This document shows positions 27,122 through 37,666 of a stretch of 64,000 bases of DNA, one piece after another. The stretch's first letter is position 1; the number at the start of each line of letters is the position of its first letter. The notes under the pieces are model-generated. The model was not told the DNA's origin, searched no databases, and was given only the letters and a program-made list of their open reading frames with translations. The stretch comes from an uncultured delta proteobacterium. Its GTDB lineage: Bacteria > Myxococcota > Kuafuiibacteriia > Kuafuiibacteriales > Kuafuiibacteriaceae. The DNA lies in contig CAWDML010000006.1 of NCBI GenBank assembly GCA_963803435.1, positions 64,001 through 128,000 on the forward strand. The letters are read 5' to 3'. Position numbers and translations under genes: made by a program.

Positions 27122-28414
27122 CTACTTTTCCCGACCGTGGGGGTCGCCCATCGAGACTCGCCCCGCCTCCTCTGACACGCTGACTGCGCCCTGATGCGCG
27201 TTTTCGCGCGAGAGTGAGAGCGCACCTTCCGCCTGTCGCCCGCAGCGCGCCTGGATCGCTCCGATCGCTTCGCGCACAGGTCCTCTCAGCCCAAAGTCTT
27301 TGATGCGCGCCAGGTGGGGGATGGCGTCGAGATCCCCGGCGCGACCGAGCGCGTCGATCGCCGCCTGTCGAACTCCGCGCTGGTTCGCGCACGAGAGCTC
27401 GATGAGGAGTTGCTGCGCCGAGGTCCCGCCGATTCGCCCCAGCGCGGTGGCGACTCTCTCCACCACCGCCGGCTCCCGAGTCCGCGCCAGAGTCCTCAGC
27501 GTGGCGGAGGCTTCACGGTGCCGCCAGGCGCCGATCGTCTCCACGGCCATCGAGCAGATCTCCGTGCTCCGCTGTCCGAGACCGTCCTCCACCAGCGGCA
27601 GCGCCCGATCCCGACCGAACGTCAGCGCCAGATGTCGCAGCGCCTCGGCCCGATAGCGGCTCGAGGTCTTCCGGTCCTTGTAGAGCGCGACCGCCTCCTC
27701 CCAGCCGCCCGAGCGCAGCGCCTTCACACCGGCGAGCCGGATCTCCGGGTTGAGATCGGAGACGGCGCGCTGAATGGCCCGGTGACGGATCGGATCGGCG
27801 GCTTCGTAGAGCAGCACCTTGAAGAGGCGCTCGCGAACGCTCGGATCGCGCTCGAGCTCGAAGTTGTCGAGCAGCCGTTCGCCGATCGGCCCGGTCCACG
27901 TCATTCGCTCGAAGAGATCGACGGCGTCGCGGATCACCTCGACCACGTCCGGGACCGAGCGCGGGCGTGGAAACGAGAGCGTGAGACGCCCGTCGCGCAC
28001 GACCACGCGGCCGTCCTCGGCGAGCCGGCCCAACCGGATGCGGGCCACGGGTGTCAGCGCGGCGAGGACGCTGGTGGTGCTCCCGACGAGGCTCACGCGG
28101 CTGTCGAAGTGGAAGTCGCCGGTCTCGATCTCGCCGTTCCGCGGGATGAGCCCGCGCCGCGCGATCGAGAGATCGTAGGGCAGCCGGCCGCCGTCGATCT
28201 CGATGCGCATCGTCTCGCCGGCGGCGAGCGAGACCTCCACCTGACCGCTCGAGATCCGTCCGACGATCCGGCCCAGCGTCCCGAAGATGCCCGGGACATA
28301 GTCGAGCCCCAGCTCCGTCGCCGCGGCGCGCCAGCTCGCGACGATCCGCCGGATCACCGGTGCGATCACCAGGAGCGCAGCCGCCGGCGGCACCAGGATG
28401 AAGAGGAACTCCAC
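27122..28414 (-). CDS. Membrane-anchored HEAT-repeat protein
   Basis: N-terminal TM, ETGDFHFD, repeats PEIRLAGVKAL, VATALGRIG, VRQAAIDALGRAG; C-terminal GALSL/GAVSV/GRVSM. Confidence 0.8.
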   Translation of the reverse strand: MEFLFILVPPAAALLVIAPVIRRIVASWRAAATELGLDYVPGIFGTLGRIVGRISSGQVEVSLAAGETMRIEIDGGRLPYDLSIARRGLIPRNGEIETGDFHFDSRVSLVGSTTSVLAALTPVARIRLGRLAEDGRVVVRDGRLTLSFPRPRSVPDVVEVIRDAVDLFERMTWTGPIGERLLDNFELERDPSVRERLFKVLLYEAADPIRHRAIQRAVSDLNPEIRLAGVKALRSGGWEEAVALYKDRKTSSRYRAEALRHLALTFGRDRALPLVEDGLGQRSTEICSMAVETIGAWRHREASATLRTLARTREPAVVERVATALGRIGGTSAQQLLIELSCANQRGVRQAAIDALGRAGDLDAIPHLARIKDFGLRGPVREAIGAIQARCGRQAEGALSLSRENAHQGAVSVSEEAGRVSMGDPHGREK

Positions 28415-28465
28415 GGGCTCCTCCCAGCTTATCCTGCGCGACCGGAGGGAAGGAATCGCTGTAGT

Positions 28466-29411
28466 ATGGCCGGAATGTCCGAGTCGCCGTTCGCCCCGCC
28501 GTCGGTCGAAGAGCCTCCGGCACCCTTTGCCCCGACGGCCGACACCGAGATTCCGCCAGGGCCGCGCATCGGCGGCGCGATCCTGATCGCGAACGCAGTG
28601 CTCTCGCTCGCGGTCTTCGCCACCTCGCCCAGCGAGATGCCCACGGGTGTGGCTCCGGTGATCATCGACGCGGTCATCGGCACGTCGCTCATCCTCGGCA
28701 AGAAGCGGTTCCTGGTCTGGGCCCAGCTGCGCGTCGTCCTCGGCCTGTTGATCTTCGGCGCCACCAGCATCGCCGGCGGCGACTACTACTCCGTGATCTT
28801 TCAGGCGGTCCTCTCGATCTCGCTGCTGGGACTCTTGTTCGGCACCCCGTCGGGGGCGCGGATCGGTGTGTCCGTCACGGCCAGCAGCCTCTGCATGATC
28901 CTGGCGGTCGTCGGCCTGCTCGGCGGCCGGATTCTCGCTCTTCAACCCCTATCTCGGCCAGCTCGAGGACGTGCCCGGTGGCCGGATCGTCCGCAGCGAT
29001 TACCAGCTGGCAGTCCCCGACGCGTGGAAGCTCCGCAAGACCTCGTTCGCCGCCAAGGACAACGCCGCCGCCGAGGTCTGGCTGGTCCACGCGGCGAGCG
29101 ACAGCCACGTGCTCGTCATCCCCGAGCGCCTCGGCCCGGACGTGACCGTCGATCTCGACACCTTCCACGACAACGTGCTGGCCAACCTCGGGCAGACCGT
29201 CTCGGGGCTCGAAGTGCGGGACACCCGACCGAGCGAGGGCGGCCTCACCATCGAGAGCCGGGGCACGGTGGATGGTCTCGCGCTCGACTACATCCACCGA
29301 CTGTACGTGTCGGGCGGGTTCGCGGCGCAGGTGGTGGCGTTCGGTCCCTCGGGGCAGCTCGCGCCGGATACCCAGGCGATCGTCGACTCGTTTGCCTACG
29401 GATCCGACTAG
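28466..29411 (+). CDS. Multi-pass membrane protein with C-terminal soluble domain (one apparent +1 error)
   Basis: About five TM segments, then YQLAVPDAWKL domain; contiguous if GATTC at 28930 is GATC (GGRISLFNPYLGQLEDVPG). Confidence 0.75.
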
Positions 29412-29452
29412 CCTGGGAAGATCCGATCGACAGCGGTGGGTTCGTAGCTACG

Positions 29453-31066
29453 ATGGGGACCGGAGTGAGCGATACCGCCCCCAAGCCCTCCGGCTATCCG
29501 ACCGTCTTCAACCTTCTCCTCATCCTCGTGGTGCCCCTCGGCTTCGTGACGGCCACGTTCGCGATGATCGCCGCGCTCCCGATCGGGGAGCTGGCCTACC
29601 GGATCGCAGCGGCGGCGCTGGTCGCTCTCATCCCCCTCTTTCTCGCGTTCCGCGCCTCCGCGGAGCTGAAGCGCCGGCGGCTTCGCGGTCTCGCCCGCGC
29701 GCCCATCGCGATCGTCCTGATCCTCCTCGGCGATACGGCGATCGTCGGCGCCCTCTACCAGTGGCGCGGCTTTCGTCCGCCGGATCTGATCCGCGTGGCC
29801 GATCACCTTCACCGCGTCTATCTCCTGGGCGAGTCGCCGGAGCCGCTCGCGGCCATCGAGCCGCGGCCTCCGCTCTACGAGATCTACGATCACAACCTGC
29901 CCGTCCCCTCGGCGGCCGAGCAGGTGCTGCTCTCCCGCGACGCCAAACCGGGCGTGTCCGGGATCGAGATCTGGTCGACGGACGGACACCTGCGGGCCCG
30001 CTTCCTGGGCCCCGCCGCGCATGCTGATCAGGTGACCTTCCTCGACGATCATCGCGTCCTCGCGGTCCGATCCACGGGCGGCGCGGTGCTGCTCGACGCC
30101 GACAAGAACGCGCTGCTCCGATCGCTGGACGTCCCCGAGCCGCTGGTGGAGGTTCAAGTCCAGACCAGCACCCACGCGCTGGTGGTGTCCGGCAAGGTGG
30201 AGACGAGCGGTGAGATCGCGGTCCACTACTTCGATCTCGAGAGCGGCGAGCGGACCGCCTCCTTCCAGTCGAAGACCTACCAAGCCACCGCGGTGACGGC
30301 CGATCTACGGCGGATCCTGATCGTCGATCGGACGAGGAAGGGAGAGCTCCTGTTGAGCGCCTTCGCGCTCCCGACCGGTCAGCCGGAGGCCAACTTCCCG
30401 AAGGCGATCCTGGTCGACGCAAAGCGACGCAAGCTGAAGGCGATCACGAGCATGGTCGCGCTCGGCGACGGCGAGCAGGCGATGATCTTCCAGGGCACAT
30501 CCGCGCAGATCTGGGACGTGATCCACAGGAAGCCCCTCCCCTTCGCACTGACGAAGACAAAGCTCTACCCGTACGCGGTGGCGCCCGGCGGTCGTACCTA
30601 CTTTCACCGGCGCGTCGATGCGGGCGATCCCAACCCGACGGGGCTCTACCGCCTCCCGGCCGGCACCGCGATCGACGAGCTGCCGACGCGCGGTCAGCCG
30701 CCGCGGGCGTTCTTCCTCGCGGACGGCCGTTCGGTCGCGGTAGGCCCGGTCGTGCTGTCGACGGCGAACGGCCGGCTGATTGCGGGGACGATGCCCGACG
30801 CCTTCTCCCTCGATCGCGATCGTTTCATCGTGCCAGCCCGCGACGGCTCTGCGTTCCTCACGCGCGGAGACGGCGGCGTGGTCACCGTGGAAAACGCGCG
30901 ACTCTCGCGCACCGGTGTGGTCCCGCTGCGCTCGGAGGACCCGGGCGCGGCGTACGCGGTCTCCAACGGCGGCAAGCTGTGTGCGGTGCTCGTGGTCTAT
31001 CCTGCCGGCGATTGGTGGAAGGTGCTCGAGCAGCTCGATCGGTGGCAGCCCCCGCCCTCTACTTGA
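29453..31066 (+). CDS. Membrane protein with beta-propeller-like C-terminal region
   Basis: Three TM segments, then WD40-like repeats (IEIWSTDG, VTFLDD, AQIWDV, FFLADGR). Confidence 0.7.
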   Translation: MGTGVSDTAPKPSGYPTVFNLLLILVVPLGFVTATFAMIAALPIGELAYRIAAAALVALIPLFLAFRASAELKRRRLRGLARAPIAIVLILLGDTAIVGALYQWRGFRPPDLIRVADHLHRVYLLGESPEPLAAIEPRPPLYEIYDHNLPVPSAAEQVLLSRDAKPGVSGIEIWSTDGHLRARFLGPAAHADQVTFLDDHRVLAVRSTGGAVLLDADKNALLRSLDVPEPLVEVQVQTSTHALVVSGKVETSGEIAVHYFDLESGERTASFQSKTYQATAVTADLRRILIVDRTRKGELLLSAFALPTGQPEANFPKAILVDAKRRKLKAITSMVALGDGEQAMIFQGTSAQIWDVIHRKPLPFALTKTKLYPYAVAPGGRTYFHRRVDAGDPNPTGLYRLPAGTAIDELPTRGQPPRAFFLADGRSVAVGPVVLSTANGRLIAGTMPDAFSLDRDRFIVPARDGSAFLTRGDGGVVTVENARLSRTGVVPLRSEDPGAAYAVSNGGKLCAVLVVYPAGDWWKVLEQLDRWQPPPST

Positions 31067-31092
31067 TCTCGCGGGCGGCGGGCCGTACCACG

Positions 31093-31545
31093 ATGAGCGT
31101 GGACCGCCACGAGTATCCAGAGGATTGGCAGCCGGGGGACTGGATCGTCCCCACCGCCGGCGGCCACGCCGTCATCCGCCACGGGCACCAGGATCCGAAC
31201 GATCACAGCGCCTGCGGGCCCACGCTCTTCTGCTGCGCCCGCGCCGCGCGACTGTTCTCGAAGGCGTTCACCGATGCTCCGGAGAGCAAGGCCAAGTGGC
31301 AGCTGATCGACGGCCCCACGATCCTTTCCTGGCTCGACGGCGGCGTCAGCGTGACCTACTTCGTGTTCTGCGATCCGGAGAGCGACACCGAGCTCCGCGC
31401 GGTCGGCGTCTCGGAGGTGGGCAACGTTCGCGACGTGATCAAGAAGGCGATCCCGCTCGAGCGGTACCTCGACGACGCCAACGTGCTCGAGGTCCTCCCG
31501 GAGAACGACATCATCTTCAAGCTGCTAAGCGAACGCAGCCAGTAG
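31093..31545 (+). CDS. Hypothetical protein
   Basis: MSVDRHEYPEDWQPGDWIVP...; host-like codon use. Confidence 0.65.
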   Translation: MSVDRHEYPEDWQPGDWIVPTAGGHAVIRHGHQDPNDHSACGPTLFCCARAARLFSKAFTDAPESKAKWQLIDGPTILSWLDGGVSVTYFVFCDPESDTELRAVGVSEVGNVRDVIKKAIPLERYLDDANVLEVLPENDIIFKLLSERSQ

Positions 31546-32151
31546 ATACGCGAGGAGGGCGGCGAACAGGATCGCGTTTCCGATCTTGGTGACGCCGTTG
31601 ATCCGCCGAAATCTCGGGTCGTCCGCCGAGGCGAACCAGAGCCCGGCGTCGCCGGTGGTCTTCCCCTCGACAGCGCCGTGAAACGCGATCGCGTAGTAGG
31701 TCTCGAAGAGCACGCTCACCAGGAGCACCGCGACGAATCCGAGCGTCAGGCGGTCGAGCGGCGTGGTGAGCCCGCCGAGGACGGAGGCCTCGACCACCGC
31801 CCAGGCGACGATCGCGAGCGCGCAGGAGAGGTCGTGCGCGATGCCGTAGGGCGGCCGCCAGGTCTTCGTCCCGTACATCATCACGAGCTCGGCCACGCCG
31901 CGGATCCACATCATCCCGGCGAAGAGCGCCAGCACTGTGCGGAGCGAGCCGTGAAGCCTCGGCTCGAGCGCGAGGATCGGCGAGAGAAAGAACCAGACGA
32001 AGATCGCGAAGCCGAGCCAGAGCTGCTTCGGCCGCGAGATGGCTCCGCCGGGCGAGGCGCGCCGGTTCTGGCGCCGCCCGAACCACACGGAGAGGCCGCC
32101 CACGACCAGGAGCGCGCACGCGATCGCGATCCGGATGGCGGGAGAGAGCAC
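31525..32151 (-). CDS. Integral membrane protein
   Basis: About six hydrophobic segments; 7 bp downstream of hom. Confidence 0.75.
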   Translation of the reverse strand: MLSPAIRIAIACALLVVGGLSVWFGRRQNRRASPGGAISRPKQLWLGFAIFVWFFLSPILALEPRLHGSLRTVLALFAGMMWIRGVAELVMMYGTKTWRPPYGIAHDLSCALAIVAWAVVEASVLGGLTTPLDRLTLGFVAVLLVSVLFETYYAIAFHGAVEGKTTGDAGLWFASADDPRFRRINGVTKIGNAILFAALLAYLLAAFA

Positions 32152-32158
32152 GCGCGGA

Positions 32159-33397
32159 TCACGCCTCCGGCTCGACGGCGAAGGCCACCGGGCGAACGCC
32201 GTCCTCGGTCAGGGCGGTCCGGGCATGCTCGATCTCGTCGGCCGTCGCGTCCTGCGTCAGGATCAGGGTCCCGACCGAGGCGTGGCGCGAGCGGCGCAGC
32301 TCCAGCACGTCGACACCGGTGCCCGCCAGCCGGGCGCCCAGGCTCGCCACCGAGAGCTCGCTCTTCGGCGGCACGCGCAGCAGCCACGGCGAGACCCACG
32401 ATCCAGGCTCCGCCAGGGCCAGCGGTGTCGACGGGCCCCGCTCGGGCAAAGCCCTCGCGCCCGCACCCTCGCGGATGCGCACCAGATCGTGGAGCACCGC
32501 GGAGGCCGTCGGCATGCGGCCTGCGCCCTTGCCCAGGTAGAGCTGCCAGCCGATGTGCGCGCACTCGACCTCGACCGCGTTGTACTCCTCGACGGTGAGC
32601 CCGACCGCGGAGCTCTTCGGTACCAACGTCGGTGCCACCCGCACGTGCGTCCGTTCGCCGCGCCGGTAGAGGGCCAGCAGCTTCAGGGCGAAGCCCAGCT
32701 CCTTGGCCGCCAGATGATCCGCGCGCGCGATCCGCTCGATCCCGGTGGTGCCGATCCGCTCGGGCGCGCACGAACCGCCGCTGAGGAGCGCCACCAGGAT
32801 CGCCAGCTTCTGCGCGGTGTCGGCGCCGGTGACATCGAGCGTCGGATCCGCCTCCGCGAAGCCGTTGTCCTGGGCCTCTCGCAGCGCCTCGTCATAGGAC
32901 AGGTTCGCCTGCGCGCAGCGCGAGAGGATGAAGTTGCAGGTCCCGTTGAGGATCCCGATCAAACGATCGACCCGATCGAAGATCAGATCGTTCTCGAGGA
33001 TCTCCACGATCGGGAGGCAGCCGGCCACCGAGGCCTCGCAGCGGAAGCCGACCTCGAAGCGCGAGGCCAGCACGCGCAGCTCGTGGCCGTGCGCCGCCAC
33101 GACCGCCTTGTTGGCGGTGACCACGGACCTCCGTCGCTCCAGCGCCGAGCGGATAGCGGGATAGGCCGGGTCGAGCCCGCCCATCAGCTCGACCACCACG
33201 TCGATCGCGTCGTCGGCGAGCACCTCCTCCAGCGTGCCGATGGGGACGCCCGACGGTACCTCGGGGCGCGTCTTCGAGCGATCGCGGACCGCCACGCGCG
33301 CGAGCTGGAGACCGAGGGCGTCGCCGCGCTGGGCGAGCAGCTCGATCAGGCCGCCGCCCACCACACCGCACCCGAGCACGCCCACTCTGAGCGTCAT
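32159..33397 (-). CDS. hom: Homoserine dehydrogenase
   Basis: GVLGCGVVG, VVELMGG, VVTANK, EASVAG, GILNGTCNFIL, AEADPTLDVTG.D.AQKL, GKGAG..PTASAV. Confidence 0.95.
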   Translation of the reverse strand: MTLRVGVLGCGVVGGGLIELLAQRGDALGLQLARVAVRDRSKTRPEVPSGVPIGTLEEVLADDAIDVVVELMGGLDPAYPAIRSALERRRSVVTANKAVVAAHGHELRVLASRFEVGFRCEASVAGCLPIVEILENDLIFDRVDRLIGILNGTCNFILSRCAQANLSYDEALREAQDNGFAEADPTLDVTGADTAQKLAILVALLSGGSCAPERIGTTGIERIARADHLAAKELGFALKLLALYRRGERTHVRVAPTLVPKSSAVGLTVEEYNAVEVECAHIGWQLYLGKGAGRMPTASAVLHDLVRIREGAGARALPERGPSTPLALAEPGSWVSPWLLRVPPKSELSVASLGARLAGTGVDVLELRRSRHASVGTLILTQDATADEIEHARTALTEDGVRPVAFAVEPEA

Positions 33398-34629
33398 GCC
33401 GCGCTCCTCTCGAAGATGGGACGGAAGGCGGCCAGGCGCTTCTCGATCCGGTGCGGCGCCCGCACGACGCCCTCGATCGCGTCGGTGGTCTTGAGGCCGT
33501 TGCCGGTGATCGCGACGACGGTGGTCGATCCAGGCGCGAACGCCCCTTGGGCGCCCAGCTTGCGGGCGACCGCGACCGCAACCCCGCCTGCGGTCTCCGC
33601 GAAGATGCCCTCGGTGCAGGCGAGGAGGCGGATGCCTTCGATCAGCTCTTCGTCGGTGACGCCGACCGCCGCCCCCCCGCTCTCGGCGATCGACCTGGAG
33701 GCGAAGTAGCCGTCGGCCGGGTTCCCGATCGCGAGGCTCTTCGCGATGGTGTCGGGGCGCACCGGCCGGATCTCGTGATCACCGCGGGCGTAGGCGTCGA
33801 CGATCGGCTGGCAGCCCGCCGCTTGAGCGCCGAACATCCGGGTCGACGCCGCATCGATGAAGCCGATCTCCTTCAGCTCGCTGAAGGCCCTCTGAATCTT
33901 TCCGATCAGCGAGCCGCCCGCCATCGGGCACACCACGTTGTCGGGCGCGCGCCATCCGAGATCTCGCGCGACCTCGTAGCCGAGCGTCTTGCTCCCCTCG
34001 GCGTAGTACGGGCGGAGGTTCACGTTGACGAAGCCGATCGGGTACTGGTCCGCGATCTCGGAGCAGAGCCGGTTGACGTCGTCGTAGTTGCCTTCCACCT
34101 CGACGAGCTCAGGGCCGTAGATCAGGCTGGCAAGCACCTTGGCGCGCTCGAGCCCCGTCGGGATCAGGATGAACGCCCGCAGCCCGGCGCGCGTCGCCTG
34201 CGCCGCGACGCTGTTGGCGAGGTTCCCGGTGGAGGCGCAACCGACCGTGTCGAAGCCGAACTCGACCGCCTTCGCCAGCGCCACCGCGACGACGCGATCC
34301 TTGAAGCTGAGGGTCGGCGCGTTGACCGCGTCGTTCTTGAGCCATAGATCGTCGATGCCGAGGGCCTTGCCGAGACGCGGCGCGCGGATCAGCGGCGTCT
34401 CACCGACCTCGTGTCCGAAGGCGGGCTCGCGCTCGAGCGGGAGCAGCTCGCGGAAGCGGAAGATCCCGCGCGGCCGGCCTTCGACCGCATCTCGCGTCAG
34501 CGCCTCTCGAACGGCGGCATAGTCGTAGCTCGCTTCGAGCGGACCGAAGCACTGCTCGCAGTACGAGCGGGCGAGGACGGCCTCGACCGCTCCACAGACG
34601 CGGCAACGGAGAAAACGGTTGTTCGACAC
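33394..34629 (-). CDS. thrC: Threonine synthase (PLP-dependent, N-terminal Zn ribbon)
   Basis: CRVC/CEQC, GETPL, PTLSFKDR, CASTGNLA, EGSKT, SLAIGNPADG, TGNGLKT; ATGA overlap with hom. Confidence 0.92.
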   Translation of the reverse strand: MSNNRFLRCRVCGAVEAVLARSYCEQCFGPLEASYDYAAVREALTRDAVEGRPRGIFRFRELLPLEREPAFGHEVGETPLIRAPRLGKALGIDDLWLKNDAVNAPTLSFKDRVVAVALAKAVEFGFDTVGCASTGNLANSVAAQATRAGLRAFILIPTGLERAKVLASLIYGPELVEVEGNYDDVNRLCSEIADQYPIGFVNVNLRPYYAEGSKTLGYEVARDLGWRAPDNVVCPMAGGSLIGKIQRAFSELKEIGFIDAASTRMFGAQAAGCQPIVDAYARGDHEIRPVRPDTIAKSLAIGNPADGYFASRSIAESGGAAVGVTDEELIEGIRLLACTEGIFAETAGGVAVAVARKLGAQGAFAPGSTTVVAITGNGLKTTDAIEGVVRAPHRIEKRLAAFRPIFERSAA

Positions 34630-34705
34630 GATGCACCTCCTGCGAGCCCGTGGGCGCGCTCAGGAGGCCGGTTGAGGGAAACGTCGGGGGCGTCCATCGC
34701 CTTTG

Positions 34706-34831
34706 CTCATCTCCCACGAACCCGGCGCTCCGGTTCGTGCGGGATTTGGCACCATACCGGTCGGAGCTCGCGCTCAGGCCGGCTGGTTGCCGTGGGGTCG
34801 ACGGGCCCGTCCCTCGCCCACTCTCGATGAC
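34706..34831 (-). promoter_or_regulatory. SAM-I (S-box) riboswitch
   Basis: Minus strand: TCATCGAGAG-tgggc-GAGGGACGGGCCC-gtcGAcccc-acGGCAACC...GGTGCCAAATCC...GATGAG, about 75 bp upstream of thrC. Confidence 0.93.
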
Positions 34832-34909
34832 GTCGCCAGCATAGCCGCTCCCTGCGATCCTTGCATCTCGGATCTTCATCCGGCCTGGTTTTTCTGGTCC
34901 TCTCCTGCG

Positions 34910-35722
34910 GTGCACTTCCGCGGGAAGGTGGCGATCGTCACCGGCGCAGGCTCTGGCATCGGACGCGCTGTGGGCGAGGCGCTCGCTCGCCGCGGCGCGA
35001 TCGCGATCCTGACGGACATCCAGGGCGACGCCGTCGAGTCGGTCGGCGCCGTGCTGCGGGGCGAGGGGCTCGACGTCGTCTCGGAGACCCTCGACGTCAC
35101 CGACGCGGAGTCGGTCGGGGCGCTGGTCGACCGCACCGTCGATCGCTACGGAAAGCTGGACTTCATGTTCAACAACGCGGGGATCGGCCTCGCCGGCCGC
35201 ACGCACCTGCACGCGCTCGCGGACTGGCAGCCGATCCTCCGCGTGAACCTCGACGGCGTGATCCACGGCGTGCAGGCCGCCTACCGCCAGATGGTCCGGC
35301 AGGGACACGGGCACATCGTCAACACGGCCTCGGTCGCCGGGCTGTGCCCGATACCCTTTGGTGTCGTCTACGCGGCCACGAAGCACGCGGTCGTCGGTCT
35401 CACCACCAGCTTGGCGGTGGAGGCCGCACTCCACGGCGTGAAGGTGAGCGCGGTCTGTCCAGGCTACATCGACACGGCGATCTTCGAGAGCGGACGCTAC
35501 ATCGGCATGGATCGCGCCGGCGCCCTCAGGAGCATTCCGGTGCGGGCCACCTCCGCCAGCGACGCCGCCAAGGAGATCCTGATCGGCGTGGAGAAGGGCA
35601 AGGTGATCATCCCGGTCACGCTCTTCGCCAAGCTGATGTGGTGGCTCTATCGCCTCTCTCCCGAGCTGGCGATCAAGCTCCTGATCCGCAACGTTCGCCA
35701 GCAGGAGGAGCTCCGCACCTGA
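34910..35722 (+). CDS. SDR-family oxidoreductase
   Basis: VTGAGSGIG, NNAGI, TAS, YAATK, VCPGYIDT. Confidence 0.93.
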   Translation: MHFRGKVAIVTGAGSGIGRAVGEALARRGAIAILTDIQGDAVESVGAVLRGEGLDVVSETLDVTDAESVGALVDRTVDRYGKLDFMFNNAGIGLAGRTHLHALADWQPILRVNLDGVIHGVQAAYRQMVRQGHGHIVNTASVAGLCPIPFGVVYAATKHAVVGLTTSLAVEAALHGVKVSAVCPGYIDTAIFESGRYIGMDRAGALRSIPVRATSASDAAKEILIGVEKGKVIIPVTLFAKLMWWLYRLSPELAIKLLIRNVRQQEELRT

Positions 35723-35725
35723 GGC

Positions 35726-37528
35726 TCACGCGCCGCCGCCGCCGAGCGCTTCGATCACCTCGCGCGGCGCATCCCACTCCGGCACCTCGCGCGCGACGCG
35801 CTCCAGCTCTTCGATCGCCTCTCCGACCCGCTCCATCCGTGCCAGACAGCTTGCGCGATTGAAGCGTACGAACGAGATCCCGGGCGCGGTCGCGAGGACC
35901 GCGTCGTAGAGCTCGAGCGCCTCCGGATCACGGCCCGCCGCCGAGAGAAGCACGCCCAGCTCGAGCACCGCCTCCACGTGCGACGGCTGGAGCTCGAGAG
36001 CCCGGCGGAGCAGGTCGGTCGCCTGCTCGATCTGTCCGTTGGAGGCGTAGATGCGCCCGAGTTGACACGCCTTGTCGGCCAGGTGCGGAAACTCGTCGGG
36101 TCCGGACTCGAACGGCGGCCAGGACTCGAGCCGCGCGTGCCACTCCATCGCGGCGGCCGAGCCGAGCAGATCCTGGTATCGATCGACCGTGGCCCGCGCC
36201 TCCCCGACCTTCCCGGCCGAAGCGAGGGCCGCCACCAGGTTGACGAGCGCGATCGCGTCCTCCGGCATCGCTTCGACGGCGGCTTCGGCACATGCGATCG
36301 CCTCCGCGTGCTCCCGCCGGCGGCGCAGGATCGCGCTGAGGTTGGTCCACGCCCGCGGCTCCGGCTCTTCCCCCTTCGCCGCGCGCCGGTAGGCATCGAC
36401 GGCACCGTCGACGTCTCCGCCGATGAAGCGTGTCACGCCGTCGAGGAACACGATCCGCCCCGATTCCTTCCAGTCCTCGGACGCGAGCGCCATCCCCAGC
36501 ACGCGCCGGGCCGCCTCCACGTTGCGCTCGATCGTGAGCGCGTCGACGACGTCCTCGATCTCGCGCGCGGAGAGCTCCTCGAGGAGCGCGCTTGCCTCAT
36601 CCCAGGCACCCGCATCGATGGCGAGCTTCATCTTCACCGCGAGCTCGTCCTCCTGCTCGCTCCCCTCCTGGCGCCCCACCACCTGGACGGTCACGCCGAT
36701 GTCCGGGAGCAGGGTCGCCGGCCAGTCGGTCACGCCGGCACAGTCGAGCAGAAGGATGACGGTGTCGAGCCCGCGATAGAGATCGGGGTCGGCGTAGATC
36801 GCGCGCTCCTCCTCGGTCTGGGGCGGGACCAGGCCACCGATCACGTGCGTGATCCCTTCGTGCTCCCGGAACACCTGCGCCGGGATCCGCGGCCCCAGCG
36901 CGATCACGAGATCGCTCGAGTCCCAGGACGCGATCACGACGTCCAAGAAACGCGTCCGCGAGAGCTTGAGGTGGCCGATCTCGAGCTCGGCCTCCATCTG
37001 CTCGGGCACCACCACGCGGTCGATCTCGACCGCGGGGAGGCCGCGGTCCGCCGGGCGTTCCGCATCGAGGGCGTAGATGAAGCGGTTGCCGATCGTGAGG
37101 CGCTCGGCCGCGTAGGCGGAGGGCAGGAAGCCCTCCGGGAGCTGGTTGAGGAGGAGGATCTCGGTGACGTTCGATCGCATCTCGGGGCGTTCGATCGAAT
37201 AGGGCGCGGCGGCGTCCCAGATCGGCATCATCACCAGCAGGCTCGCGTGCGCCTGCGTTCGGAGCACGACGCCGCGGCGCTCGATGACCAGCACCGGATC
37301 ACCTTCGATGGCCGGGACCTCTTCCTCGTCCTCGGCCGCCTCGCTCGTTTGCGTCGCCGGCTTCAAGCTCCGGCGGTCGAGCTCCTGCTCGAGGGCCTGC
37401 CTCGAACCGATGGTCAGCGATCCGCGCGACTCGGCCAGCCGGAGGAGCTCGTCGTCCGGGATCTGCGAATAGTCGACGCGATCCGCGGATCCGCCGAGCA
37501 AGCCTTTGAAGAGATCGCCGAGGCCCAC
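35726..37528 (-). CDS. TPR-repeat protein
   Basis: C-terminal TPRs (AVDAYRRA, AWTNLS, ALVNL, LRRALELQP, FNRASCL). Confidence 0.82.
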   Translation of the reverse strand: MGLGDLFKGLLGGSADRVDYSQIPDDELLRLAESRGSLTIGSRQALEQELDRRSLKPATQTSEAAEDEEEVPAIEGDPVLVIERRGVVLRTQAHASLLVMMPIWDAAAPYSIERPEMRSNVTEILLLNQLPEGFLPSAYAAERLTIGNRFIYALDAERPADRGLPAVEIDRVVVPEQMEAELEIGHLKLSRTRFLDVVIASWDSSDLVIALGPRIPAQVFREHEGITHVIGGLVPPQTEEERAIYADPDLYRGLDTVILLLDCAGVTDWPATLLPDIGVTVQVVGRQEGSEQEDELAVKMKLAIDAGAWDEASALLEELSAREIEDVVDALTIERNVEAARRVLGMALASEDWKESGRIVFLDGVTRFIGGDVDGAVDAYRRAAKGEEPEPRAWTNLSAILRRRREHAEAIACAEAAVEAMPEDAIALVNLVAALASAGKVGEARATVDRYQDLLGSAAAMEWHARLESWPPFESGPDEFPHLADKACQLGRIYASNGQIEQATDLLRRALELQPSHVEAVLELGVLLSAAGRDPEALELYDAVLATAPGISFVRFNRASCLARMERVGEAIEELERVAREVPEWDAPREVIEALGGGGA

Positions 37529-37666
37529 GTGTGTCCGTCTGTACACCGTGGGGATCCGGTGCACCACCGGCATCGAAAGCGAGGGCTCAGCGCCTCGATC
37601 TCGGCGCGCGCGACGCGTCGATCGGGCGCAACGATCGGTGGCACGACGATGGCACTTCGGGGAGTG

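Noticed and set aside
27122-28414. HEAT-repeat protein as a deoxyhypusine hydroxylase partner for the DHS-like gene
   Set aside because: It lacks the repeated His-Glu iron ligands, is membrane anchored and lies about 7 kb away.
27314-31066. 1250-aa fusion ORF
   Set aside because: Composite of a shadow frame, a frameshifted membrane gene and a separate downstream gene.
35978-37648. N-terminal part of the 1652-aa ORF
   Set aside because: Antisense to the TPR gene; the real lipoprotein starts at about 37649-37667.
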